DNA from: Tubiluchus corallicola | Lineage: Eukaryota; Animalia; Priapulida | Reading direction: 5' to 3' | Assembly: GCA_030141605.1 (NCBI GenBank) | Contig: JAQGDQ010000035.1 | Span: forward strand, 124,001 to 188,000 | Length of the DNA: 64,000 nt | Shown: one piece after another, positions 27,601 to 40,108 of the stretch | How positions within the stretch are numbered: the stretch's first letter is position 1 | Layout of the letters: every line of letters begins with the position of its first letter | Translations under genes and position numbers: made by a program | The notes under the pieces: generated by a model | The model's database searches: none | The model's input: only the letters and a program-made list of their open reading frames with translations | What the model was told of the DNA's origin: nothing

Positions 27601-30394
27601 TTGTCTATTCAATTCACTTCATCGCAGTAATAAACTTGTAAACAAGTATTTCATATTTAAGTTATAACAACGTAAAATTTTTAAATAAATAAATAAATTT
27701 GAGCTGCGACGAAAAGTATCTCAATGAATGGGCTTGCTTGGAAATACATGTAGATGTTAGAATAAAAGCTGCCAAAATCTAGGTGACTTATTCCCAGGCA
27801 CGACTTAATATGATGTTAATGAAAATATTAATCTTCTATCATATAAAATCTTTTGTTATTAGACCAAGTTTCTCTTGCAATAACAACATTTATGCTGCTT
27901 TAAAGGAGATATAGTTAATTGTTGATTCAAGAATTTTATCCAGGTCTTCATGATCCTAAGTATTATGGCTATGTGATACCATTACATTTGTAATAAGAAA
28001 AAAATTGACGTTCACACTGAAACGGAGCTTTAACATCTTTGCGATAGAAAGATATGTATGCTACTCATGAAGTGAAAGCTATTATGATTATGCAGAGTTT
28101 GTGAGTTGGCATTTTGAATTATAGGAAACCTCTTAACTCAGCAAAAGTCCTATAATGCTGGATTATTAAAATGTAATTATGGTCTCATAAGCATGCGCTC
28201 CCAGAAAATGGATAAAAATTGTCAAATTTTTGCAGCGTAGGCTCAGTGTTGACGTGACCTAGAACTTTGTTCTAAAAATTAGTGTAATGCTTCCTAGAAT
28301 AAGTGTCTGACAAAGCTATGCGCTGATCAGCTTCTCGCTCATGTTTATTTATAAAGCAGTTTAAGAGAAAGTTCAATCGAGGTGGTGCTGTTGAAAAACC
28401 TTGACATGCGTGTGCCATCCTGATGTTATTGCAACGATTTTCATACAAAGTGTTTTTATTCCAACTCAGTTGTCGTTTTGCTGTGTCGTGTTGCTAGGCG
28501 GAAATTACTGTGCAGGCGACGTGCATGGAAATTTCCGCGATTGTATAGCAGGATAGGCCCGTAGCGTGTCCTGGAGAAAATTGGGGACATCGCCTTACAT
28601 GTTTTCTGCCTACTGAACTCATCAGAATCTACCACCCGGCTACATCAGAGCCTGTCCAGACAAAATTGGAGACATCCTACATGTTCCTTGTCTGACAGAA
28701 CTAATTAATCAAAATATACGACCTAGCTTTAGTAGAGTTTCACAAATTCTTATTATGAGTTACAGTTAGCTATTTCTCCCTTGACCTATAAAGGTGTGCG
28801 GTATGTTAATGATTTTGTAAAGAATAGACCACAGATGTTACTTGATAGATGCGAACGTGAAGTGACACACCGGTAAAATTGTCGATAAAATACTTTTCAA
28901 GAGGTATAGCATGTTCTCTCACTGATTGGGCGCGATAGGCGGTTAAATCCCACGGCAACATTTGAGAGGTAGTCCAGCGTGCATTTATGAACGCAGAAAA
29001 TGCTTTCTAGTGCTTGATGGCTTATTTGGAGCAAATTTGCTTGCAGTCGTTACAGAAAGAGTGCGAGAAGTTAAGCTAATGTGTTAAATAAGATTCAAGA
29101 AGTAGATCTAGGTGAAATACATTAGATACTTGTACAACTTTAATAAGCTATTGTCTGCATACTTCAAATATAGATATGGTACTCGAGCTTCTACAATCTG
29201 TGTAGAAAACGATATTAATGGTTTTAAAGTTATTTTGCATAAATTTATATAAATCTTAGATGCCGTGTTTTAAACTCTTTAATGGTTTTCTTAAAACACA
29301 TAATTTACAATAGTGATATGTTTATATGCTTGCAAATTTTTGCCCATTGGAATGTAATTTTGATGTACTTTTAATGTATGTCATTTATGTAAATATTTTA
29401 ACAACTTACTCTTCTCTTCTTATTTTCTTGTAAATTGTAAGTTTATGTTTTTATAAATAGTTTTTTAGTAATTATTGTATTGCCATGACTTAAGATTTTG
29501 TCTACGGTGCTGAAATAAAGTTAAAATAAATAATAAATAATAATACGTAACACATAACAAACAGAACCAGTTTTTTTAAATGTTTGGCTTTATGGTTTAT
29601 GCAAGAAGCCAAACGCTGATCGCCTTGAACCTCCAAGTCACGTGAAAATGCGTGCGCTACTTCGTCGTCAGTAACTTTATAGGCTGTTTAGAAGCCAGCT
29701 GTGCTGGAAAGAATGCGACCAGCTGTGTTTACAAGTTCCGAAAACCTGTTGAACTCCCGAATTCGCCCAAATGTAGGCTGAAAATAAGCAACAGTGGCTA
29801 TTTTTTAAGTGCACGCAATCTCCCCAAATTAATTTTTCATGTATAAGAAATAGTATCGCAAGGCGAAAACTCTCAAAACACGAAGTTTAGATGAATATAT
29901 ATATAAGGCAGCCATTTTCAACTGTTAATAAATCATTTCATGAATCCTTTTAACTATTTTCAACTAATGATAGATGTCAAAATTAAATCACCAAATTTTG
30001 TTTTTTTTAAATTTCAATTTTTATTGGGAAAAATTATAGACCAATGCGGGGCAAAAATGATTTGCATCATGTATAAAAATTTCAGTGTATAAACCAATAA
30101 TTGATATAAATAAAAAATCGATTAACGTAGCGTTGCAACATATATCTTACATGAACCACTGTCCAGCGTAGAAGCATCTCTCAGTTTTTTATCTCAGTTG
30201 GTTATCCATGAAGAAAGACTTAACCAATGGCATTGTTGAAAACCATTGACCATTTTAGAACTGCAAACACAGATTTTTGTTGTTGAGATCATTGCACTTA
30301 TGTCATCCCCGCCATATCATTAACAGTGTTACCATTGTCAGCACCTGCATTATTGCTAGCCTCACACATCACACCATCAATTGTGCTACTAAGT

Positions 30395-30565
30395 ATCCAT
30401 CGCCATCACCATCACCATCATACTGCTGCTACTGCTACTACTACTATTACTACTATCATTATCATCTTTTTGTTTTGATCGTTTTAATCATCATTGTCAT
30501 AGTCATGTTGCTATCATTGCCTTCATCGTCGTCGTCATCATCATCATCACCATCATCATCATATT
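30395..30565. repeat. Mixed triplet low-complexity tract (CAT/CTA/CAC)
   Basis: Direct inspection. Confidence 0.8.
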
Positions 30566-31215
30566 CATGCCTTATAACTGTTCCCTGCATTGAACTTTTG
30601 GCACTCTTCACAATTTAACTGTTGACTGTTGTCTAGCTGCTTAGGCGTTTGTTTAGGGAAAGTTTTTTAACACAGGGAATTTTGTATCAGTGCACAAGTG
30701 TCCACCACCTGTCAGAGCCCCATCTATGTATTTAAATGATCAGTCATTCCATATACCATCTCAAATAGAGTGTCCATTAGGAAAATGCTGCTTAGGACTT
30801 AGCAACCTGGCGCCTAAGTGCCCACTGTTCGTGTGCAAGTGTTCTAGACTTCATTGTCTATTACTCAAGTATCACTGCTGAAGTTTCTATTGGCCAATGC
30901 CCATTGCTAAAGTTTAGAGTGTTTGTGATCTATATGACCTTAAAACGGATTTTTATAATTGGTAAAACTTTGAACACCACAGTAAAGATTTGTATCATTC
31001 CGCCTCACAAATAATGCTTCCACAAAAATGTTTTTATAGATATCGAGTGTCATAACAGCAGCAGGTATGGCACGATAACTCCAACCCTTTGCATTGCCTT
31101 TATTCACCTTGGCTAACTCGTGCACCTTTTACCTCCTAAAAACAAGATTAAGTTATCATGTGTGTGAGCAGCAACTGCTGCATATGCAGGAGTAGTGATA
31201 CTTTCTGCTAGTATT

Positions 31216-34200
31216 ATGGCTACATCACCATCATCATCCTTTGACAAACCATTGGAAGTCGTAAAACAACGTAGGGCAGTTGCTGCAGGTCGCCGTCACG
31301 CTAGGCCTCGGATCTACGTGCCAGTACCAGTAGCACCAGATGGTGGATGGGGATGGATGGTCGTGCTTTCCTCTTTTTTTATTCATGCTCTCAATGATGG
31401 TATCATGTATTCTGGTGGCGTTTTCTTTGTGGAGTTTCGTGAATACTTCAAAGGAAGTGCATCTCAGGTTTCTGCTATCAGTTCAATCATGGTTGGTGTC
31501 ACATTTGGAAGTGGTAATGATTCTTTATTTATGTTTGTATATAATTATACATAGTGTACAAAATGTAGGAGACACCCTTATAATTTGAAGCTAAGCTACT
31601 GCAGACACAGTGTAACATACATAGAATGTAACAATTGGGTAAGGGGTAAGCATTAGTGAGTGTAACTTACCATTATAGTTTGAAGAGCATTTGCAATTTT
31701 TAGCATAAGTTGTTCAAAATTTTATCAGTCAATTTTGATTATGTGATTATTGATTATTATATGATTATACATTGTTTACAAAATGTGCACATTTTGTACT
31801 TACATAGTAGGAGACACCCATATAAGGGTTTTTGAAGCTACTGCAGACACAGTGTAACATACATAGAACGTAACAATTGGGTAAGGGGTAAGCATTAGTG
31901 AGTGTAACTTACCATTATAGTTTGAAGTGCATTTGCAATTTTTAGCATAAGTTGTTTAAAATTTTATCAGTCAATTTTGATTATGTGATTATTGATTATT
32001 ATATGGTTTTGATCATTATCTGATTTTGAGGATTTGATTTTTGCAGGGCCTATTGGAAGTGCATTGACCAATAGGTATGGATGCCGTGCTGTTGCCATAT
32101 CTGGCAGCTTTGTTTCTGCTACTGGGTTTATTCTAAGTAGCTTTGCACCAAATGTTGCTTTTCTCTGTTTTTCCTTTGGATTTCTGTCTGGTAAGTGTAT
32201 TCAGCTTTCATACGTAGAATATTATTTTTTAGCATTAAAATTCACTAAATTAATGAAACAGTGAACTAAAAATTTAATTTGTCTTGTAATTTGTAGGGCT
32301 AGGATTTGGCTTGTCTTTCCTGCCAGCTATAATTGTTGTGAATTACTATTTCGAAAAGAAGAGAGTTTTAGCACTTGGCATTGCCGTATGTGGATCAGGT
32401 GTAGGAACGTTTGTCATGGCTCCAGTTTGTGAACACCTCATCAACACTTATACTTGGCAAGGAGCTATGCTTATGGTGGCTGGAATCACACTGAATGTTG
32501 TTGTATGTGGCGCTCTTATGAGACCGCTCGTATGGAAACCAAAGCCTAGAACTCAAAGCTTCTCAACTATAGAAAGTGATGCAAGTGAGCTGGTACTATC
32601 AATGAGCAGTAAAACAAAACTTAGCAACAAAAGTATTACAGACAGCAGTCAGAAAAAGAACCACTTTACTGACAAGAAGTTAGTCTTTAATCAGATGCAC
32701 AATCCTTTAGACACAAAAATCTCTGAACGTAGCAACAAGCAAATGTTTTTTGCAGCTGATAGTGCTTTTGCTGCTACAGCTGAAGGTTTAAATGTACCTA
32801 GGAGGAAGAAACTTTTTTCCATTACAGAAGCTAACCCAGATGAATTCCAAGAAACACGGTTGGATGTCCATCGGAATAGCATATCAGATACTGAATTAAC
32901 ACAGGGTGGTATTATGTCTGAAACTTTTAGTAAGCTACATCCTGGTAATGCCGAATTTCTTGTTCAACCAAAGCATCCTGAGGCAGAGCGGCAGTACAAA
33001 TCTCAACTAATTATCCCTAGATTGAGTCCTGATGTTGGTATCTTATATCGAAAAGATATTTTCTATCCCGGAAGTATTTTTGAAATTCCAGACTATAGAT
33101 CAAGTCGTGAACAAAATCTTGCTAGTATGACCTCATTTCGTCCAGAACTGAGAAGTAAATCTTTTTTTAGGATTTGCAAATTATTACCAAAACCCATGGA
33201 AGATGTTATCAGGCAAATGACAGATTTCTCACTAATGAGAAATCCACTGTTCCTTTTGTTTGCAATCTCCAATTTTCTGACAAGCCTAGGATTTTTTGTG
33301 CCTTATGCCTACCTTCCTGATCGTGCTGTCAATCTTGGCTATTCAAAGGCAGAGAGTGCCAAGCTGATTTCTGTCATTGGTGTTGCTAGCACACTTGGAC
33401 GATTGACACTTGGATTTGTTTCCAATAATAAGCGAGTGAGCAAGCTGTATATTTACGCTGGTGGCCTTACATTTTGTGGTATTGCAAGCATGTTGAGTAG
33501 CTTATGCAAGACCACAACGTCATTGTCTATTTATGCAGCTTCTTATGGTGTATCAATTGGTAAGTATTGAACATATTATAGATGTAATTGAAAGTATTAT
33601 TAACCCTTTGACACACATAATTAATAATTCGTTTAAAACGGCACTGTTCCTTCTAAATTAAAACGATCAATTATTATCCCTTACTTCAAATCCAAAGATT
33701 CCCTGCACATTATTAATTATAGACCTATCTCACTGTTACCTTTCTTTCAAAAATATTGTAAAAAGTTGTTTACAATAAAATATGATCTTATTTGGATCAT
33801 CAAAACAATATAAAATTTTTAGTTTTCGGAAAAACAGCTCAACCGAATTGGCCCTGATAAACATTGTAGCTGCATTGAACGAAATAAAGTAGCAGTAGGG
33901 TATTTTGTGACGTCTCTAAGGCCTTCTATACTGTTAATCATAAAATACTTCTTGCTAAGCTCATGGTTATATATATATATGTATATATATTTATATATTT
34001 ATTTATTTATGTCTGTATATAAGTGTAACCTAAAGTGATCAGTTGGCAAGTCTAGAAAAAACATGCCATCCATAAGCGTTTACTGCAGCATTTTTCTTAT
34101 TTTTCATATGATAGGCTGTTACGTATCACTGACGTCTCCCTTGCTTGTTGATTTGGTTGGCATAGAAAAACTCACCAATGGATTTGGGCTTACTCTGCTC

Positions 34201-35847
34201 TTTATGGGACTGGGTACACTTGTTGGTACTCCACTGGCTGGTGGGTAGACTTTGAATTGCTTTTGCAACATAATTATGTCATGTATTTACAATTTCTTGA
34301 CCTTACCACAAGTTTTAGTAACATTAGAGCAACTAAATGTGCTGGAGTAATCTATAGTTTCCCTCATGGGTACTTCTCCACTACATCAATTTTGCTTTGG
34401 TGACCTAAGTTTTCAACATGTGTGTGTGTGTGTGCGTGCGTGCGTGCTTGCATGCGTGTGTGCGTGTGTAGACCTTAACACTGGAACTTTGCAAATCTGG
34501 TTTCTAAATTTGTTTTCAATGTACTACAACAATTTTTAAGTTAGCTAAAGATCAAAGGCAAAAATTTGGACATTGCATTGTATTGGGCTGACCACACTGT
34601 CCAGTAACAAAAGAGTTAACACAGTTGTCTTTTATGTGAGGCCAAGAACTTTTTGCACGGTTCCTGTGTAAGGCAATGAAAGCTGAGGGTATGGACCTGT
34701 TAAAAATTAAATGGTATAAATTATTGATTGTTCAGATTATACTGAACAGAAGAGGACATAAATTGAGGCTTATGTGGAAATAAAGTCGCATTTGCTTTTT
34801 TCATAAATTGCTCTGTCTTTATACTTGTCTTTTACCTTTCGCTTTTTTAATTTTCCACATCACGTATCCTTTGAATTATGCACAGGTCCTGTTTAGGATG
34901 GAGATACTTGTGCTACCAGCACCAAAACCATTGTAATTATTATCACAGCTGGCTGCATTTGCCATGTATCTTCATAACGTATTAGTTTAATATAGACTTC
35001 TTTTTTATTAACGCCTTCAAACACTATGTTTCTGTTAATGATATATCTGACAAAAAGAATTTAGGCTGCTCATTATATTTGCAGCATTAGTCTTGTATTA
35101 GATAAATATTAAACTCCGGTCTCCAATGTTTCATATTGTTGAAAAAAAATGAATACAACATCAGCAACAACATTGACCAGTTGCTGAGATTCAAACCACA
35201 TAATAAGCTAAACTGTAAATCACTGGCCTGATCACAAGGGACTACGTGGTCTAATGGTCACTATCATTGGAATTGCTATTATCATATCAACAACAACATT
35301 GACCAGTTGATGAGATTTAAACCACGTAATAAGCTAAACTGTAAATCACTGGCCTGATCACAAGGGACTATGTGGTCTAATGGTCACTAGCATTGGCATT
35401 GCTATTACAAGACGGTTGCTTCGAATCCAGACTTAATCCAACTTTTTTCGTTTTCCATGATCAGCTTAGTTTGGTAACCATTTGGTTTTACATTTAATAA
35501 CCGTGGAATTGTCCTGTCATTGTATTGGAGTGAAGAAGTGTTATGATAAATACATAGTTAAAACATGATGCGTGTATACTTTTTAGTTAACTATTGTTAG
35601 ATTATTAGAAAAGCTGCCATTCACTAATAGTTGTCTTTGTTTGACATTAGGGTTAATTTACGATATGACACAAGACTATGATGCAACATTTTACATGATG
35701 GGTGCAGTAGTGGGAACCAGTGGGATAATGATGTTCTTTGTTCCATGCATTAAACAATCATTGAAAAAGAAGGAAAGAAAACGAAAAGATAAAGAATTAA
35801 AGACCACACGGAATGATAACAGTTCTCATTCACAACAAATTATATGA
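31216..35847 (+). CDS. SLC16/monocarboxylate transporter family MFS protein, copy A (MCT12/14-like; 5 coding exons, 675 aa)
   Basis: Exons 31216-31513, 32047-32190, 32297-33559, 34115-34240 and 35651-35847 join in frame (2028 nt, all phase-1 GT-AG introns). SLC16 signatures: [57 protein letters not shown]. Confidence 0.92.
31565..32005 (+). repeat. Near-identical ~200-bp direct duplication (period ~243 bp) in intron 1 of SLC16 copy A
   Basis: GTAGGAGACACCC...AAGCTACTGCAGACACAGTGTAACATACATAGAA...GATTATTGATTATTATATG at 31565 and 31808. Confidence 0.93.
33620..33965 (+). mobile_element. CR1/L2-group LINE RT fragment in intron 3 of SLC16 copy A
   Basis: Frameshifted relics: [39 protein letters not shown]. 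Confidence 0.8.
35165..35430. repeat. Tandem ~127-bp duplication with tRNA-like A/B boxes
   Basis: CAACAACATTGACCAGTTG...GCTATTA occurs twice. It contains TGGTCTAATGG (A box), and GCTTCGAATCC follows the second copy. Confidence 0.8.
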
Positions 35848-38800
35848 GATATATTTCTTGAACATTTTGCTGTAAATTATTTAGAAAGTTTTTTTAAAGG
35901 AAATTACCATTTTGGAGATAAATAAATAACATTTTGAAAGCTGAATAGCCTTTCTTATTTTTTCTTTTTCGTATGATTTTTTGTTCATACTGCATACAAG
36001 GCAGATGCACCTTACATTAACATAATTACCTGCATATACATACATTCATTTTCTAGACTGTATTTCTTCATAACTACTTCTTGATCTTTTAAAGCATTTT
36101 TATATCATAAGAAATCTTAGTCATTGAGATGGAGTCTGTAAAAAGATTTACAGACTTTCTGTCAAATTATGGTTTAAAAATCATTATTAACTATTTTGTA
36201 GAACAGTCTTATTTGAAGTCGTTCTGGCAATAGCGTTTTGATAAACAGTCACACTCATTCAAGTTTTGTGATTATAATTTTCAAGAATTTATGAGAACTT
36301 ATTGTAGCATTCTACTAAAATTAGTATTGAACCAGCTAGCATATCTTTAAAAATAACAAAGTATAAGTTTGGTGATATTTTAAAGAAATCATGTGCTCTG
36401 TCTGTTGTGTTCCAAACTTCTAATGAGCTTGAAAAGCCCTGTTTACACTCTTTCCCCATATGGTGAAAATACAGGATGTGTCCTAGAACCTAGTGACTTG
36501 TCCACTTGTACCCATGTTTACATTACTTATAGGTACATGGACTTATCTTGCTTCTGTGTCTTTAAATCAAATTGTGGTGATTTACTCGTGCAATAAAGGG
36601 TGCTTGGTCAAGGCTATGCTGTGCTGGCAAAGTGTAGTGATTGCAAAATTAGCCTGTGTTCAAAACATGTATATTTATTTTTTTATTTATAGTTTATTTC
36701 AGCTCATAAAAAACTCTATATAAAAGTTAAAATTTACACTAAAATCAAGAAATACTTCGTCATGTACTATTAAAAGAGCTACCAAAATTTACAAAAATAT
36801 AATAAAAATATATACATAATTTAAAATACAATATATAGTATCTGTGACCATATAAAGAAAGTAGTCACAGAAAATCCACTACCCACTGTGGTTCTCTCTG
36901 GCTGTGTGACTGTTTACACTAAAAATACGCTATGGGTAAATCGTAAATAAAACAAATGGATAGAGTATATTCAGCACAGTGTAAATGGGGTTTATGAATA
37001 AAACGGGGTTTCTTATACTGTCTCATGCACTTCACTAGCACTGCGGAAACTGCTGCAGTAAGATCGACAAGCTATTGCATGTTTCTTCTGTTTACATGGA
37101 GACCCCTGCCCCGTATGAGGATAGGTATGTCATCCACTATCTGTGTTCTTATGCACGTTGACCTCGCATATCTGTGCTTTCGTCATATGTGTGTACTAGA
37201 TGAACGATGTATGACCTTGTTGTACTCACAACATGCGTAATGCGGACGCTACCAGACCTTACCAGCTGGACTCCCTTGTTTGCAAGAAATTTTTAACATT
37301 CAGATTATTCAGTCATCGCTGTTTCGCCAAATTAATGGTTCCATTTACTTCATAAGTTGTATTAAAAATAAACGAGATCTAACTTGTTTACAAGCTTTGA
37401 AATTTATGATAAAATTTATTGGCAATGTTGATTTGTCTTTTTTTAAGCGTAGAGAGATAGAGCCTACATCAGTCTGTATCACATCTACTCTTTGATTGCG
37501 CCTACTCGAAATGAAGTCATTGTGCATTTTACACTGATCCCTGTTTGGTGGTTTCTTGAGATGTCTTGACTCAATGACCTTATGTTTTTTTTTCGCCACT
37601 CCATCTTTATATAATTCGTAGATTACCTATGCACAGTTAGTAAGACAATTGTATGAAGAGAACTGAGAGCGATAGCCTTTCCATCTGTTTTTATCGGCCA
37701 GCAAACTCAGATGTTGTTGAATGCAGTCGGACTGGTTTCGGAGGACGTCAGGATATGACGTTTGCACGATCTGATTTATAGCCGATTTTGTTGACCGACA
37801 AAATCTGAAAAGCCAGTCCAAGAGCTCGCATTTATTCGGGGAATTCAAGCACTGGGCAATTTAAAAATTGATGTTTGACAAATTTGTGGCTTTTTGGATG
37901 TTGCATTTGTTACGTTTGCTTTACGAAGGCACCCAAATGCCACCTTGAACCAGGACAGTTTTATTCACATGACGCAATTTTGCTATGGTTACATGCTCTT
38001 CATTGTTTGCAAGCTTGTAGTTTTATTTAGTTGCAAAGTGAATAACATGAATAAAAGGACTGTATTTGTTGTGTTAATTGTCGTAACCCCGCCTCCCTCC
38101 CTCTCTGCCTTACGCCTTCTCTTTCTCACCCGCATTTTTCATTTTGCCTCTTTCCCCCCACCTTTTCCTTCCCCCATCTCTCTCCTCTCGCACTGTCTCT
38201 CTTTACGGAGGTGGCTGTAATTTGTCTTATTTACACAAATTAATGTGCATTTTCACATACATATATAGTAAATAGGATGTCACGTGAACGCGAGGAATCT
38301 TATTATTGGTTGTAATACCAAGAAGTCGGATGAAAAATAGACCACCTCCCGACTTTTATCCTACTTCATCCGTCGAGTGTTCATCGTATAAATTTTTCCG
38401 GTCACATGACATCCGACAAAGTCTGTCCGACTCCTGTTTTCGTCTGATCGTGTAAACAGGACATATTTTGTCGCAGACCGAACAGCCAACTTTACCTGAA
38501 AACGTATTTTGTAAGTGCATGTGTGGAGAAATTTCTGTGAGTGATGTACATACGTTTTATAGACATGTTCAGGGAAATGTACAGGAACATGCGCTCATAC
38601 TGCTGCGACTATGGTGCCTTGACAGTCTTCTCTTTAAGAATTGTTTAGATGTCCATGACCAGGAGTCGAATATACCCGATGTAAACCGAATATAATTCGA
38701 TATTTCATTTGCTTTTGCTTCAGCTTCTAATTGCGGAAGTATTTGATAACTTTTTCTTTCATTTCTGTGCCGATCGAAGTTCTTTTTTCTTTGATTTCAT

Positions 38801-39274
38801 TTTTGTTTTGCAACATAAAATAAAGCTAGTTTTCGTACAAGCCATTTTGCGCTCTTTCAGAAATGAATGTAATTCTTTTGAAAGACGTTTGGTTGTTTAA
38901 GTACAAGAAGATATTTGGTACTTCAAACAATATCTTTTGTCTTGTTTTCAGTTTTTGTTTGATCATATCTTTCACGTGCATGGTGTTACTTTAGTCGTAT
39001 TTTTTGCGAAATCGAGGTTGGCAGTTCTGCAAAATGCAGAGAAACCGGACCAGTCGGCAAGTAGGCCCGCACTATCTGAGATTATAACCTTATCTAATTA
39101 ATGTTTGATTTACCTATATACTGGCATAGGTAGATCGAGGTCAAATAGTTTGTGAGTCCTAACAGAATAACTAAATTGAAGTTTAGCAGTCCACAGTTTG
39201 CTTTCATAAAGACGGTTTTTAATTTCCTCTCTTTACGGCTATTTTAAACATTCTAAAGTACATAGGTAGGAGTG

Positions 39275-39277
<3 letters not shown>

Positions 39278-39308
<31 letters not shown>

Positions 39309-39335
39309 GCGCTCTCTCGCTCTCTCGCTCTCTCG

Positions 39336-39386
<51 letters not shown>
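39278..39386. repeat. (CT)n microsatellite with CTCTCTCG variants
   Basis: Direct inspection. Confidence 0.97.
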
Positions 39387-39391
<5 letters not shown>

Positions 39392-40108
39392 TAATACGTA
39401 AAAATGTCTGTCATTGCCTTTTTTATGAGCATCAAATGGAAATCAGGAACAAATTACACCAAAAATGACATTATCTTTGTTTACAGGTTATTGCAGCTTG
39501 TTTTCGAAGTTTTTTTATTTTTTACTTTTTATAATTTTTTGTATAATATAATTTTTTATTTTAGTAGAACAATTCATTGGGTCGTAGATTAATTGCGTGC
39601 CATGATTGCCTGTCCTATATTAATAGGTAATATGTCCTTTCATAAATTTGTTTTTCTATATGTGCAAAGCCCTTTTTTATCAGTAATTTTTGTTTGTTTT
39701 CTTAGATTACAAGCATTGGATCAACAAGTAATGAACAGCACAGGGAGTCATTCACGCTGGTACCTTGCTTTAATAAATGCAGAAGTCTATTAAACTGCAG
39801 GTTGATCATGGACTTTAAAATGTAAACGATATAATGGTCTCTACAAATATTGTTGCTATCTTAATATGATAGTATTTATAGCTGCTGCACAAACAATACA
39901 AAAGTAGGCCTATTAGCAGAGAAAGTTATTGGTAGTGAGACCTATAATTTGCAACGTGCACAAAGACTGTGGGATTGTACAAGAAATGTATATGTACCAA
40001 TCATGACAACGTGATTTCTTGGAGTCAGCAACGTTAAAAAAAGCTACCAATGAGTATACAAATTTCTGAACTAATGGGTGGCACTAGCTTGGTGAATTCA
40101 TAACTCTG

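Noticed and set aside
28585-28632. Possible fourth hammerhead (minus strand CUGAUGAG...GAAAACAUGUA)
   Set aside because: Helix II is weak and out of register, and helix I does not form.
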